The position numbers and the translations under genes were made by a program. The notes beneath the pieces were generated by a model. It had not been told where the DNA came from. It saw only the letters and a list, made by a program, of their open reading frames with translations, and made no database searches. DNA of 64,000 nucleotides from Ranitomeya imitator (lineage: Eukaryota), in contig NC_091290.1 of the NCBI RefSeq assembly GCF_032444005.1, forward strand, positions 2,356,001 through 2,420,000, read 5' to 3'. Positions 49,936 to 62,510 of the stretch are shown in pieces (positions within the stretch are counted from its first letter, which is position 1; every line of letters starts with the position of its first letter).

Positions 49936-51468
49936 ATCTTCTCGCCCGACCACTTGCACCAGTGACCCCATTCCGTCACATCTCCTCCAGTCCCTTTCCC
50001 CGGCTATCACCTCTCACCTAACAAAAATATTCAACCTTTCCCTCACTTCCGGTATTTTTCCCTCCTCATTTAAGCATGCCATCATACATCCATTACTAAA
50101 AAACCATCCCTCGATCAAAACTGTGCCGCTAATTATAGACCTGTCTCTAATCTTCCCTTCATCTCTAAACTCCTCGAACGCCTGGTCCACTCCCGTCTTA
50201 CCCGCTATCTCTCAGATAACTCTCTTCTCGACCCTCTTCAATCTGGCTTCCGCTCTTTACACTCTACTGAAACTGCCCTCATTAAAGTCTCTAATGACCT
50301 ACTAACAGCTAAATCTAATGGTCACTACTCCATGCTAATTCTCTTGGATCTCTCTGCAGCATTCGACACTGTGGATCATCAGCTCCTCCTCACTATGCTC
50401 CGCTCCATCGGCCTCAAGGACACCGTTCTCTCCTGGTTCTCCTCCTATCTCTCTGACCGCTCGTTCACTGTATCTTTTGCTGGTTCCTCCTCCTCTCACC
50501 TTCCCCTTACTGTTGGGGTTCCTCAAGGATCAGTCCTAGGCCCCCTACTCTTCTCGTTGTATACTGCCCCTATTGGACAAACAATCAGTAGATTTGGTTT
50601 CCAGTACCATCTCTATGCTGACGACACCCAATTATACACTTCTGCTCCCGATATCACACCGACCTTTTTAGAAAACACCAGTGATTGTCTTACCGCTGTC
50701 TCTAACATCATGTCCTCCCTCTATCTGAAACTAAACCTGTCAAAAACTGAACTCCTCGTGTGCTCTCCCTCTACTAACCTACCTTTGCCTGACATTGCCA
50801 TCTCCGTGTGCGGTTCCACCATTACTCCAAAGCAACATGCCCGCTGCCTTGGGGTCATCCTTGATTCTGACCTTTCATTCACCCCCTACATCCGATCACT
50901 GGCTCGCTCTTCTTACCTGCATCTCAAAAACATTTCTAGAATTCGCCCTTTTCTTAATTTCGACTCTGCAAAAACTCTGACTGTTTCACTTATTCATTCT
51001 CGTCTGGACTATTGTAACTCTCTACTAATCGGTCTCCCTCTTGCAAAACTCTCCCCGCTCCAATCTGTCCTGAATGCTGCAGCCAGGATCATATTCCTCA
51101 CCAACCGTTACACCGATGCCTCTACCCTGTGCCAGTCATTACACTGGCTACCCATCCACTCCAGAATCCAGTACAAAACTACTACCCTCATCCACAAAGC
51201 ACTCCATGGCTCAGCACCACCCTACATCTCCTCCCTGGTATCAGTCTACCACCCTACCCGTGCCCTCCGCTCCGCTAATGACCTCAGGTTAGCATCCTCA
51301 ATAATCAGAACCTCCCACTCCCGTCTCCAAGACTTTACACGTGCTGCGCCGATTCTTTGGAATGCACTACCTAGGTTAATACGATTAATCCCCAATCCCC
51401 ACAGTTTTAAGCGTGCCCTAAAAACTCATTTGTTCAGACTGGCCTACCGCCTCAATGCATTAACCTAA
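49936..51468 (+). pseudogene. L2 ORF2 reverse transcriptase domain (truncated, one frameshift at ~50100)
   Basis: Motifs [72 protein letters not shown]. Confidence 0.93.
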
Positions 51469-51863
51469 CGATCCCTGTGTGGCCTATTTATAATAAAAAA
51501 AAAAAAAAAAAAGGTTCCTCGCATCATGTTCTCATACACTTTATGCAGTATTAGCCCTCTGTGTCTGTACTGCTACATACTTAGGCAGGTAACTGGTTCA
51601 TGCAGCTTTACATGAACACCTGAGCCTTACACTATGGCCGGTCCGAATAACTAAAGCAATTGTTACCATCCACCTCTCGTGTCTCCCCTTTTCCCCATAG
51701 TTTGTAAGCTTGCGAGCAGGACCCTCACTCCTCCTGGTATCTGTTTTGAACTGTACTTCTGTTATGCTGTTATGTCTATTGTCTGTACAAGTCCCCTCTA
51801 TAATTTGTAAAGCGCTGCGGAATATGTTGGCGCTATATAAATAAAATTATTATTATTATTATT
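49936..51863 (+). mobile_element. 5'-truncated L2-clade LINE with complete 3' end
   Basis: RT ORF, then a 3' UTR ending TGTAAAGCGCTGCGGAATATGTTGGCGCTATATAAATAAA followed by (ATT)n. Confidence 0.93.
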
Positions 51864-53799
51864 GATTGTGAGACTTGTCCAATGTTTTTTTTATTTCTGT
51901 TGCATTCATTTATTATTACCTTATTTTGATTGTTACAATTTTCTTTTCCCTTCTTTCTGCATTTCTAATTGAATTGTTTTTTTTCTGTCCAGTTCCAGTA
52001 ATGTCCTCGGCTCGTGACATTTCCCTTCATGTCCTGGTGTAGTTTACACTTTAGATCACTGTGGAAATTAAATCCATCTGTGAGTCTGCAGACATCAGAC
52101 GGGTCTGCGGAGTTTAGTGCATGATGTGGATGTCGAATATCACCTTTTATTAACCATTGCGGCAGGAATTGGCCAATAAGATGCCAAATTAATGTTTACT
52201 ACAAATCAGCAAACGTTATCGTGTCAAGGGCCAGAGACATTTACGTGTCCTTAGGTTACATCCAGGATTTCTGCAGATATTTGTTTTTCTGGTTTCCTCC
52301 TGGGTTATTGTTTATTGCCCTTATAGAGACACCGAACCAGAGCTGTGATTTATGTGCATAGCCATTATTAATCACAAAGCAACCTGCTGTAGAAGTCCTC
52401 ACCCCTCTAGAGCACACGATGTATGGTCATCCTGAAGAAGGAGTCGGTGGACAATAAAGCTGCAGGGTTATTCACCAATATTTCTGCCGTATGCCGGAGC
52501 GCGCTACTGACATCCACTGTTGTGATGGACGCCGCTGCATCTGGTTCTCCGGCTCCACAAGTGTCACACACAACCAGGTAATGTCAGCGGACACTATCGC
52601 ATCTTGCACTGCGCAGTGGCAGCAAGTCTCCGGCGCAGAAGAAGCCTGAATACTCTGCCCATAGACGGGCGGTCCGGATAGTAGTGCAGGTCGCCGGACT
52701 ACGGCGTCACAACCTCACGTCGCGGGCAGTGTTACGCTGTTGTCAAGACAGGGCAGAGATTTCTTCCAGGCGCCGCACGCCCTGAAGCCTGAAAGAAGCC
52801 ATTAACATAGAGGGTTAAAACTCTGTATCTCCACGACTAGACGGCAGCTGAGGGAGACCGGTAGGACTACTGTACCCATGATGTCACCTGGACGTCCATA
52901 GTGACATGCGTCCAAACGATAGACATGCAGCTCCGCGGCCCTGGCGCAGTCCTTTCTTCAGTAACGTGGGGGACGTGTGTAGAGAAGTGCGGCCCACGGC
53001 CACTTCATGCTACATGCGCTTCCACCAGGATAAAGGCGAGGAGGCAGTGACGGGATCCGGCCCATAGTTATCCCCGGTCTTTGGACTTTGCTGTCACCAT
53101 GTTCTCCTTCCTTCGCGGATTCTTACATCGCTGTTGCATGGGGCGTGTACATGGCAGCGCTCTGTTTCCAGTGCCGGACATTCTCCGATGGACCATGGTC
53201 TGGACGGTGATCGGCAGCACACAGTTATGGCGGGGTGCACAGTCTTTGTGGTCCTAGGGTCACATTGCCATACTGGACCATTGGGCAGCAGGCATCCATC
53301 AGATGTGAATGGGCAGCTAAAGAAATCTGAAAAGAAATCCTCTGTCTGGAGCTCGGCCAGGTCCTCCCTCCTCCTGTCCTGTGTCTGTGAGACCACCGGC
53401 TGCAGCAGGAGCCTCCCCTCACTGCCCTGCCCACACTATGACACTGTGTAGCCAAACTCTGCCCCCTTGGCTAAGAAGGCATGCCTTCAGTCAGATGCAG
53501 ATGGAAGTGATCAGGAGGCGCTTACCCTTATGTTCTGTGCAGATAGGTTCTTGTACAAAATGCTGCAGACTGACAGGGCGACCGCTTGTCCAATCATTTC
53601 CAGGGTGTGTGTCCCTTTAAGGCGAACATTTCTTGCTGACATTACTCACTGTTCACATTCATCAGTCACAGTTGTCCTGCAGACGGCAGCAATCCCTGCA
53701 GTATCCTCTCCAGCCCGGGCGTCGTGCTGGCGATGGACTCGCTCTTGTAGGGTTGTGTGGTTTTTATATATATTTCAGTGGACGGATGTGACTGATGTG

Positions 53800-54898
53800 A
53801 TAGGTGTGGCAGATGGGACGGATATGACGGTTGTATGTGACGGGTGTGATGGATGTATGTGATGGTTGTATGTGACGGTTGTACAGTATGTGATGGTTGT
53901 ATGTGACGGTTGTACAGTATGTAATGGATGTGACGGTTGTACAGTATGTGATGGATGTGACGGTTGTGTTGTATGTGACAGTTGTGATGCATGCGATGGT
54001 TGTATGTGACGGTTGTACAGTATGTGACGGGTGTGATGGTTGTATGTGACTGTTGTGATGCATGCGACGGTTGTATGTGACGGTTGTACAGGATGTGACA
54101 GTTCTATGTGATGGTTGTATGTGACTGTTGTGATGCATGCGACGGTTGTATGTGACAGTTCTATGTGATGGTTGTATGTGACTGTTGTGATGCATGCGGC
54201 GGCTGTATGTGATGGATGTATCTGATGGTTGTACAGTATGTGATGGATGTGACGGTTGTCTGCGATGGTTGTATGTGACGGGTGTGATGCATGCGATGGT
54301 TGTATGTGACGGGTGTGATGCATGCGATGGTTGTATGTGATGGGTGTGATGCATGCGATGGTTGTATGTGATGGTTGTATGTGACGGGTGTGATGGTTGT
54401 ATGTGATGGCTGTATCTGATGGTTGTATGTACAGTATGTGACGGTTGTACAGTATGTGATGGATGGATGTGACTGTTGTGATGCATGCGATGGTTGTATG
54501 TGATGGTTGTATGTGACTGTTGTGATGCATGTGATGGTTGTATGTGACGGTTGTGATGCATGCGATGGTTGTATGTGATGCATGCGACGGTTGTATGCGA
54601 TGGTTATATGTAATGCATGCGACAGTTGTATGCGATGGTTGTATGTGATGCATGCGACGGTTGTATGCGATGGTTGTATGTGATGCATGCGACGGTTGTA
54701 TGCGATGGTTGTATGTGGTGCATGCGACGGTTGTATGCGATGGTTGTATGTGGTGCATGCGACGGTTGTATGTGGTGCATGCGACGGTTGTATGCGATGG
54801 TTGTATGTGGTGCATGCGACGGTTGTATGCGATGGTTGTATGTGGTGCATGCGACGGTTGTATGCGATGGTTGTATGCGACTTGTGATGCATGCGACG
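53800..54898. repeat. Complex 10-12-bp modular GT-rich tandem repeat
   Basis: Modules such as GTATGTGATGGTT, GTGATGCATGCGATGGTT and GTACAGTATGT in shuffled order. Confidence 0.9.
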
Positions 54899-55097
54899 CT
54901 TGGCCCATTGTAGCAGGGGCAGTGATGGACACAGAAGAGAAGACCCCTGTGCAGTATGCGGGCCCCTCTTTGTGTCTGTGATAGGGAATGCTTGCCGACT
55001 TGGATCTGGTAGTGACCCCTCGCCTCTTGGACCCCTGTGAGGCTGCACATGTTGTACCAATGATATGTCTGCCTTGGCGTTGGGCATTGCCCTAAAG

Positions 55098-55410
55098 CAG
55101 GGGTGGGGAATCTTTTTTCTGCCAAGGGACATTTGGATATTTCTACCGTCCTTTGGGGGCCGTACTAACTCTGCCCACAAAGTCCATCCTGGCACTGGTG
55201 CCAGGACGTAATCTTTCATTGCATGCCCTTCAGTGATCAGTAGTGAACACTGCATGTGTGCTCACAGAGCGAGAAGAAATGAATGAGCTGGTGGCAATAA
55301 AAATACAGCTCCGTGCCCAAGAATTCAGTCCCTAATAATCTGCTCGGGGGCCTGATGAAAGGTCATCGAGGGCCGTAAATGGCCCTGGGGCCTGAGGTTC
55401 CCCACTCCTT
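55098..55410. mobile_element. hAT (Charlie-like) MITE
   Basis: TIRs CAGGGGTGGGGAA / TTCCCCACTCCTT (11/13); subterminal GGGCC repeats; the 8-bp flanks do not match, so the TSD is not confirmed. Confidence 0.55.
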
Positions 55411-56233
55411 CTCTGCCAGTAGGTGGCAGTAGTGAGGGCGTTCTGCTCCTTTCCTGTCATGGCGCATTGCTGAGAAATCTCCAGGTCTCCCACCCGATTG
55501 GGTGCAGAATCGGCAACTGGGTCTCACCGTGAAGACTTCACATAAGACGACTGAGATTTCCAGACCGTAGATTTTATTTTAGGGTACATAAGATAAATCA
55601 CTGCCTGGACAATCATCACCCCAAAGCTGAAGAATCTGCAAGAATATGTGACGGCCTTGTGGAGAAGAGCAGACAGGGTGCACAGACTTACGCACAGCAC
55701 AGAATGAGCCGCTCTCTGAGGCCGCGCAGTGCTGACTCTAGATGCGATCTTCACACAGAGGAATGAGACTGACAATCACTACGACTGTCCCTGGAGGCGG
55801 CAGCATGTGATAATGAGCGGCTGACAAGGAGCCGCCATCGTGTGGACCCAGCGCTGGCACCTGATGTTAATGTGCTCCCTCCAGCGTCTGCACCAGCGAA
55901 AAGTGACCTCATAATGGCTCCATAATGGCCTAAAGATCTCTGAGCGGACCCTCACCTGTGACTGTGACGCTAAGAGGGGGAAATACTCATAGTGGAGGTT
56001 ATTGCAGCACAGCACAAATAACAATGGGGCAGAAATCCAGACCCCGATCACCAGACCCCCCAGATACCCAGAACATTGACTGCTGGACAACCACTATCAA
56101 GCCAGGATCATAAGTTTAAAAACACAGAACACCTAAAAGCTTATCCAAAGATATCAAATAATATATATGCTAATAATATCCAGGTGGTCGTGGTGTGCTG
56201 TGAAAATTAATTAGTGGAAACCACTACAGAGAA

Positions 56234-56998
56234 GACACTAAAGCCAAAGTAACACCGAACATGAGACTTCCAGAAAGTATACAGGCTAAATTCAGATTCA
56301 AAATATGCCTTTATTTATAACAAAGTGGCGAATAGTTACAATAAAAAATATATAAAGATTAAAATCAGAGCATGCGCAAGACCAGGACTAATTAATGCAA
56401 CCCCAGAAAGAACACAGTATCAAGATGGTAATATGTTGCTCAACTGTGTATACACATTATTATATAGAAAACAATTTGGTAAAGTAAAAAAGTGATTTTA
56501 CCGTAATAAAGTGAAAATAAGTGCATAAAATGGACCAAATAAAATAAATACACACAAAAATCAATCAATTAAGAAAAATAGAGACTAAAGTCCATCCGTG
56601 CATGAAAATCACACATTTAAGGGCCAACCATGTGCAAAAATACGCATAGATCTACCGTACTAATAAGTGAGATATATATTCTATACCTGGGATAAACACT
56701 AAAGTGCAAAAGAGTGCAAATGGCCACACATCTAGGGCCAAAACAGAGTTCACAATCTCCAAAAAGTGCACACAAAAAAATATATAATGGCACAGTGAAG
56801 CATATGTCCTATACCTGGGAAATAAGCTGGGTCCCGTCTCTGCGCACCCCGACGCGCGTTTCGGAAAACTTCATTTTTATATATTTTTTATTGTAACTAT
56901 TCACCACTTTGTTATAAATAAAGGCATATTTTTAATCTGAATTTAGCCTGTAAACTTTCTGGTAGTCTCATGTTCGGTGTTACTTTGGCTTTAGTGTC
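56234..56998 (-). mobile_element. Penelope-like element remnant with ~123-bp inverted ends
   Basis: 56234-56356 is the reverse complement of 56876-56998 with ~4 mismatches and contains AATAAA. A hammerhead-like ATGA..GAAACGCGCGTC lies on the minus strand at 56850-56874. Confidence 0.6.
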
Positions 56999-57111
56999 AT
57001 GCCAAGATCAGAACAGATATTAAGGCTTCCTCAAGAGAACCCAAACCTCATGAACAAGAGGAGGAAACTAAACTGTAATATCCTGGTCCCAATATATAAA
57101 TCCATGTGAGC

Positions 57112-57600
57112 ATGCCACCTGTCCATCACCAGAGATCAGCGGTGACATCACTGAGAATGCCGCCTGTCCATCACCAGAGATCAGCGGTGACATCACTGAG
57201 AATGTCTCCTGTCCATCACCAGAGATCAGAGGTGACATCACTGAGAATGCCTCCTATCCATCACCAGAGATCAGCGGTGACATCACTGAGAATGTCTCCT
57301 ATCCATCACCAGAGATCAGCGGTGACATCACTGAGAATGCCTCCTATCTATCACCAGAGATCAGAGGTGACATCACTGAGAATGCCTCCTATCCATCACC
57401 AGAGATCAGCGGTGACATCACTGAGAATGTCTCCTATCCATCACCAGAGATCAGCGGTGACATCACTGAGAATGCCTCCTATCCATCACCAGAGATCAGC
57501 GGTGACATCACTGAGAATGCCTCCTATCCATCACCAGAGATCAGCGGTGACATCACTGAGAATGCCTCCTATCCATCACCAGAGATCAGCGATGACATCA
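57112..57600. repeat. 45-bp minisatellite (~11 units)
   Basis: Unit CATCACCAGAGATCAGCGGTGACATCACTGAGAATGCCTCCTATC. Confidence 0.95.
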
Positions 57601-57769
57601 ATTTTATCTCTGGGTCAGGATCTTGTTTCCCTGTATCAATCCGTGTATTCCCCGTATATTCCGTGTCTAGTCTCAATTACCTTCCAAAAGGCTGATAATT
57701 GAATTAGCTCACTTACTGTCTGCAGCCTGTCTGTAGCTATGCCTCTTGATGGCCCCCTGTACTGCCTTA

Positions 57770-58494
57770 GGGTACCGTCACACTCAGCAACTTTCCAACG
57801 ATCACGACCAGCAATACGACCTGGCCGTGATCGTTGGTAAGTCCTTGTGTGGTCGCTGGAGAGCTGTCATACAGACGGCTCTCCAGCGACCAACGATGCC
57901 GAAGTCCCCGGGTAACCAGGGTAAACATCGGGTTACTAAGCGCAGGGCCGCGCTTAGTAACCCGATGTTTACCCTGGTTACCATTGTAAATGTAAAAAAA
58001 ACAAACACTACATACTCACATTCCGGTGCCTATCACGTCCCCGACGTCTGCTTCCCTGCACTCCTCCTGCATCCTGTGTAAGCGCCGGCCGTAAAGCAGA
58101 GCGGTGACGTCACCGCTGTGCTCTACTTTACGGCTGGCCGGTGCTGACACAGTGCAGGGAAGCTGACGCCGGGGACGTGACAGGCACAGGAATGTGAGTA
58201 TGTGTTTTTTTTTTTTTTACATTTACAATGGTAACCAGAGTAAACATCGGGTTACTAAGCGCGGCCCTGCGCTTAGTAACCCGATATTTACTCTGGTTAC
58301 CAGTGAACACAGCGATGTCTGCGGGAGATCCAGCGACGAAATAAAGTTCTGGACTTCTAGCTCCGACCAGCGATGTCACAGCAAGATCCAGATCGCTGCT
58401 GCGTGTCAAACACAACGAGATCGCTATCCAGGACGCTGCAACATCACGGATCGCTATCGTTATCGTTGTAATGTTGTTCAGTGTGAAGGTACCT
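57770..58494. mobile_element. PIF/Harbinger-type MITE with nested palindromes (725 bp)
   Basis: TIRs GGGTACCGTCACACT / AGTGTGAAGGTACCT (13/15); TTA TSD at 57767-57769 and 58495-58497. Confidence 0.85.
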
Positions 58495-58497
58495 TTA

Positions 58498-58870
58498 ATC
58501 CCCGAGGCACCTTTGTCAGGTCTGGGAGGCCTGAAAGCCCACCCAACCTGTCTGACTACCCTTGTACATAAGGAGGGGGCTGGGGAGGACAGGAGCTGGG
58601 AAGTCTGTGTGGTAAGGATGGTGTGAGCACAGCACGTCCGGAGAGAAAGGGAAGTATATGGATTTTTTATCTTCTGCTGGATTATTGGACTCTCATCTCC
58701 TTGGACATTTATCCTGTTACTGAACTGCATTCGTGTTCTGGACTATTGTATCCTCATTGTGGTGGATTGTTTATGGACCTTTTAGTTTTGCCTATAGTAA
58801 AGGTCTTGGGATTGTTCACACCTCCCTCGCTCTGTTGATTGTGTGGTATCGGAGAAGGACCCCATGACAA
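58498..58870 (+). mobile_element. Possible degenerate LTR remnant
   Basis: AGTAAA poly(A)-like signal (~58796) and a ...GACCCCATGACA end; the left boundary is not resolved. Confidence 0.3.
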
Positions 58871-59619
58871 CGGTGTCTTTGTGGACATCTCTGACTCTCG
58901 GGTTGTTACTAGAGAAAACATCTTTTCTCATAATCCGTTTTGTGAAGAGGCGAATGTATAAAAAATATTAAGTGTTAATTAATTTTGTGACGACTTTTAC
59001 CATTTTCACCTTTCCTGTGTGGCGGCTGAAGGTTCCTCGTCTCTTATTGTATCTTGCCCTGAGTGATGTTACAATCTTTGTTGGAGGAATCGCGGTTTTC
59101 TTATCTGATATATTTTCTATTTTAGTAACTTCTCGTACTTCATCATTTCAATCTTTAGTCGTGTGACCTTGTGCTCCTGTAGGACAGACGGGTGTAGCGT
59201 GGGGCTTTTCGCTTTTCTGGTTACAGGTAGAAACCACGCTCAGTGTCAGGCAGCAGCTGCAAAAGCAAATATGATATGAAATGTCAAATATTGTCCGTCT
59301 ACCCATGCATTGAGGATGCGCTGCTGTCAGACTTCTCTGGCAGCAACTTATCTCCACGGCGAGAAAAATTGGATCTGGATTTTGAAAGCGGACATGCTGA
59401 TTTCTTCTCGCCCCCGACAATCAAATGTTCGGGATCTCATTCACATTACACTGTCAGCTGAATCCACCGTTATCTCATGTATGGCAGGCTTAAGTCTGCA
59501 TTTCTGAAAAGGAGCAAGATGCAGGAGGATGGTCCCCCAAAACCTGCAGGAGTTAGCGGAGAAGGTGGGGCTATCCTTCTACCGTCAGATTTGTGATTGT
59601 GCCTGTGAAGGTAGGCTTA

Positions 59620-60069
59620 CGCTACGTTCACATTTGCGTCTTTGGGCGCAGCGTCGTCGACGCAACTAAAAACGCATATACACAATGCAGCGTTTTTTTG
59701 ACGCATGTATCTAGACACTTCATCAATGGGTTTTATCTCAAAAGGCACATGCGTTGTACAACGCAGGTCAACACAGGCACCTGCGCCCTATGCGTTTATC
59801 ATAGACGCTAATGTGTTTTTTTGGGCGCATGTACGACGCAAGTGCGTCGCATGCGTTTTTGTTTGGAAATTCGGCGCAGTCAAAATGCTACATGTAGCGT
59901 CGCCCGTGCCCTGTCTGATACGCTAAAATGATGCATGCGTCGAACAACGCTTCACAACGCATACCGACACATGACCATGCGCCCCACATGTTAAAGATAG
60001 GGGCACACGACGCATGCGTCGGTATCCGTCGACGACGCTGCGCCCAAAGACGCAAATGTGAGCGTAACA
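59620..60069. mobile_element. PIF/Harbinger-type MITE (450 bp)
   Basis: ~42-bp TIRs GCTACGTTCACATTTGCGTCTTTGGGCGCAGCGTCGTCGACG; TTA TSD at 59617-59619 and 60070-60072. Confidence 0.88.
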
Positions 60070-60833
60070 TTACATAGTGACAATGGGAAGGTACTCGATT
60101 CCAGGGTCATGCTCTGCTTTCTTCATCTATGTTACTCTCTCTGACATCATCATCAGAGGTCTTTTCAGTTTGATTTCACCTTACCTGCATGTCTCAATGT
60201 TCAGTCAGAGTGGAGTTCAGTTGCTGTTTGTTTGTAGTTTGTCCTTATCTCATTTCTTCAAGTGCAATCATCTCTGCAAACTCCTGTGACTTCTACAACT
60301 CTAACCTACTGCAGCTCAGACCTACTGCTTAGCCCATTGCCTGCTGTAAGCATTACAAACTGTAGTGATATCATTACGCCCCCTGGGCTGAGAAGTCAGA
60401 GCTTAGACACACAGGGAGAATGATGGAGGAGGGAGCAGACGTCTCCTTGGGTGGGGTCTGGCTAGAGTCACGGTTCTTATACTGCCCTCCTGATCTGCTA
60501 CTATTCACAGTACGCCACTGAATCTACATCTCTGCCCTGGCTCAGACCTGCCGTTCAGCCCTTCACCTGCCCTCCAGTGGTTGTCTACATTCCAGGCTTT
60601 GTGGCTCCTGGTGTGTTCTGCTGCACCCCCTGATTGTTTGATGTCCAGCATAGCTCAATGACCTGATCTTTACCATCACCCTCGGTCCACGTGTACACCC
60701 CGATCTGCAGCTCAGTGGATCCACCTCTGTGGCGTCCTGAATCTGATAGTACTTTATGATACCGCCATACAGTGCCCATATAGCTCTGCAGAGCATACAG
60801 GTGCTTACTGTATTGGTGGGATATGCTGCAGTC

Positions 60834-60944
60834 AATAGCTGTGTGGAGGGATAGATGTGGTGCGGCCCCTAATAGCTGTGTGGAGGGATAGATGTGGTGC
60901 GGCCCCTAATAGCTGTGTGGAGGGATAGATGTGGTGCGGCCCCT
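60834..60944. repeat. 37-bp repeat x3
   Basis: AATAGCTGTGTGGAGGGATAGATGTGGTGCGGCCCCT at 60834, 60871 and 60908. Confidence 0.92.
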
Positions 60945-61700
60945 GCTGTAATACCAGTCACTCATAGAGTGTGCACAGCCATGTCCAGCTCCGCAGCTCT
61001 CTTCTGGATTTTTGGGGCGTCTGGTTATATACAGAGAGCCCCTCCCCCTCACTGTCAGATTTGACACCCCCCACCATTGAGGGTGCTGATCTGCTGTTGT
61101 ATGATGTCATCGGGGTGGAAGGCCCATGCAGGGCACTAGATCACTAGAAGTCATTTTAAGGATACTAATGTATGATTGGTGACAAGTCTGGGACTTACCG
61201 CCATGATATGTATGATAAAAAGTGTCAGAAGTGGATGTTCTTTATTATTATTTGTAAATCTGGGCCATTAATGAGTCCGGACCTAGCAGCTTTGGGGAAG
61301 ATTATCAGTCCGGCCTTTAGTGACGCAAATTGATCCCAAATTCCCAGGTAGCAGAATGGGCGCAGCTCGGCCGTGTCGGGGAAGGTCTCAGCCCAGTGTC
61401 GCTCACCTGTTGGGGCTGCGCCTCCTGCGTTCCTCCGTAATCAGTGCCTCCACGTCTTCCATCCTCCGCTGCTAATCTTCTGTAGAAACATTTTGCACAT
61501 TCATCACCTGACGCGTCGCCATTGTCTAAATATTGACGTCGGGGAAGGAGACGCCTCAATCATTTTATTAACTGCTCTTATTATAGCAGCCATTAATTCC
61601 TTCTCATCAGCACAAATGCTCCAGACCGGGTGCAGCAGAATCGCACGTGCAGCCATTGTTCCTGCCACCTTCCCCTCCTGTGACGTCCGCCGTCAGCTAA

Positions 61701-62504
61701 GGCCTTTCACACTTCCGTATTTCTTTTTCCATCACAATCCGTCGTTTTTTGAAAAAAACGGATCCAGTAAATGTTTCTGGTGGATCTGTTTTTTTCTCAT
61801 AGACTTGTATTAGCGACGGATTGTGATGGATGGCCTCACGTTTCATCCATCGTGCACTGGATTTGTCATAAAATTGCTGTCCGTCAGGTGGAGACAACGC
61901 GCAGAGGAACGTTTTTCTGTATGTTGGAAAATCGCTCAGTGACGGATCCTGCGCTGTCCGTCGTTGGATATAATGGACGCAGGATCCGTCGCTGACTGTG
62001 ATAAGCAGGAATCCAGCTACGGATGCCATCTGTTCAAACTGAGCATGCGCGGAAGAATTTCCCATCAGGGAACGTCTCTCCCCTCTCTCTTTTTACTATT
62101 GATGCTGCCTATGTGATGCATAGTGAAATGACCCGAGGATGTAGCATCTCGCGAGACCGCTACGTCATCACAGATCATTGTCTCGCAATGCATCACTGGG
62201 AACGGCAGCATCGCGAGCATCAGGAAGGCTGCAGGGGCTGCGCGGGATGCTGGAAGGTAAGAATATCACGATTTTTAATTTTTTTTTTAATTATTTTTGT
62301 CATGGGTTGTGTATGAGTTTTTGCAGCGAAAAACTGCGGCAAAGACACATACACAACGTGTGCACATAGCCTTCTAGGATGCACTGGAACCGTAAAAAAA
62401 AACGGCTCCACTGCATCCGTTTTTTACAATCGGCACAGGATCCGTCTTTTCAACATTTTGACGGATTGTGACTGATTGTTAAAAACAGAAGTGTGAAAGA
62501 GGCC
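61701..62504. mobile_element. MITE (Harbinger- or T2/Kolobok-like)
   Basis: TIRs GGCCTTTCACACTTC / GAAGTGTGAAAGAGGCC; flanks CTAA and TTAA, so the TSD is ambiguous. Confidence 0.7.
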
Positions 62505-62510
62505 TTAAAG

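Noticed and set aside
51492-51512. AATAAA plus A18 as the LINE poly(A) tail or a processed-pseudogene end
   Set aside because: L2-type 3' UTR continues to the conserved end and (ATT)n tail at ~51863, so the A run is internal.
52000-53700. CpG-containing unique region with 76-131-aa ORFs as possible exons or a DIRS fragment
   Set aside because: I could not recognise any domain or consistent splice sites; left unannotated pending a database search.
55350-55375. CTGATGA as a hammerhead core (also CTGAAGA at ~52432)
   Set aside because: There is no correctly placed stem II-GAAA-stem III partner; the 55350 motif is hAT subterminal sequence.
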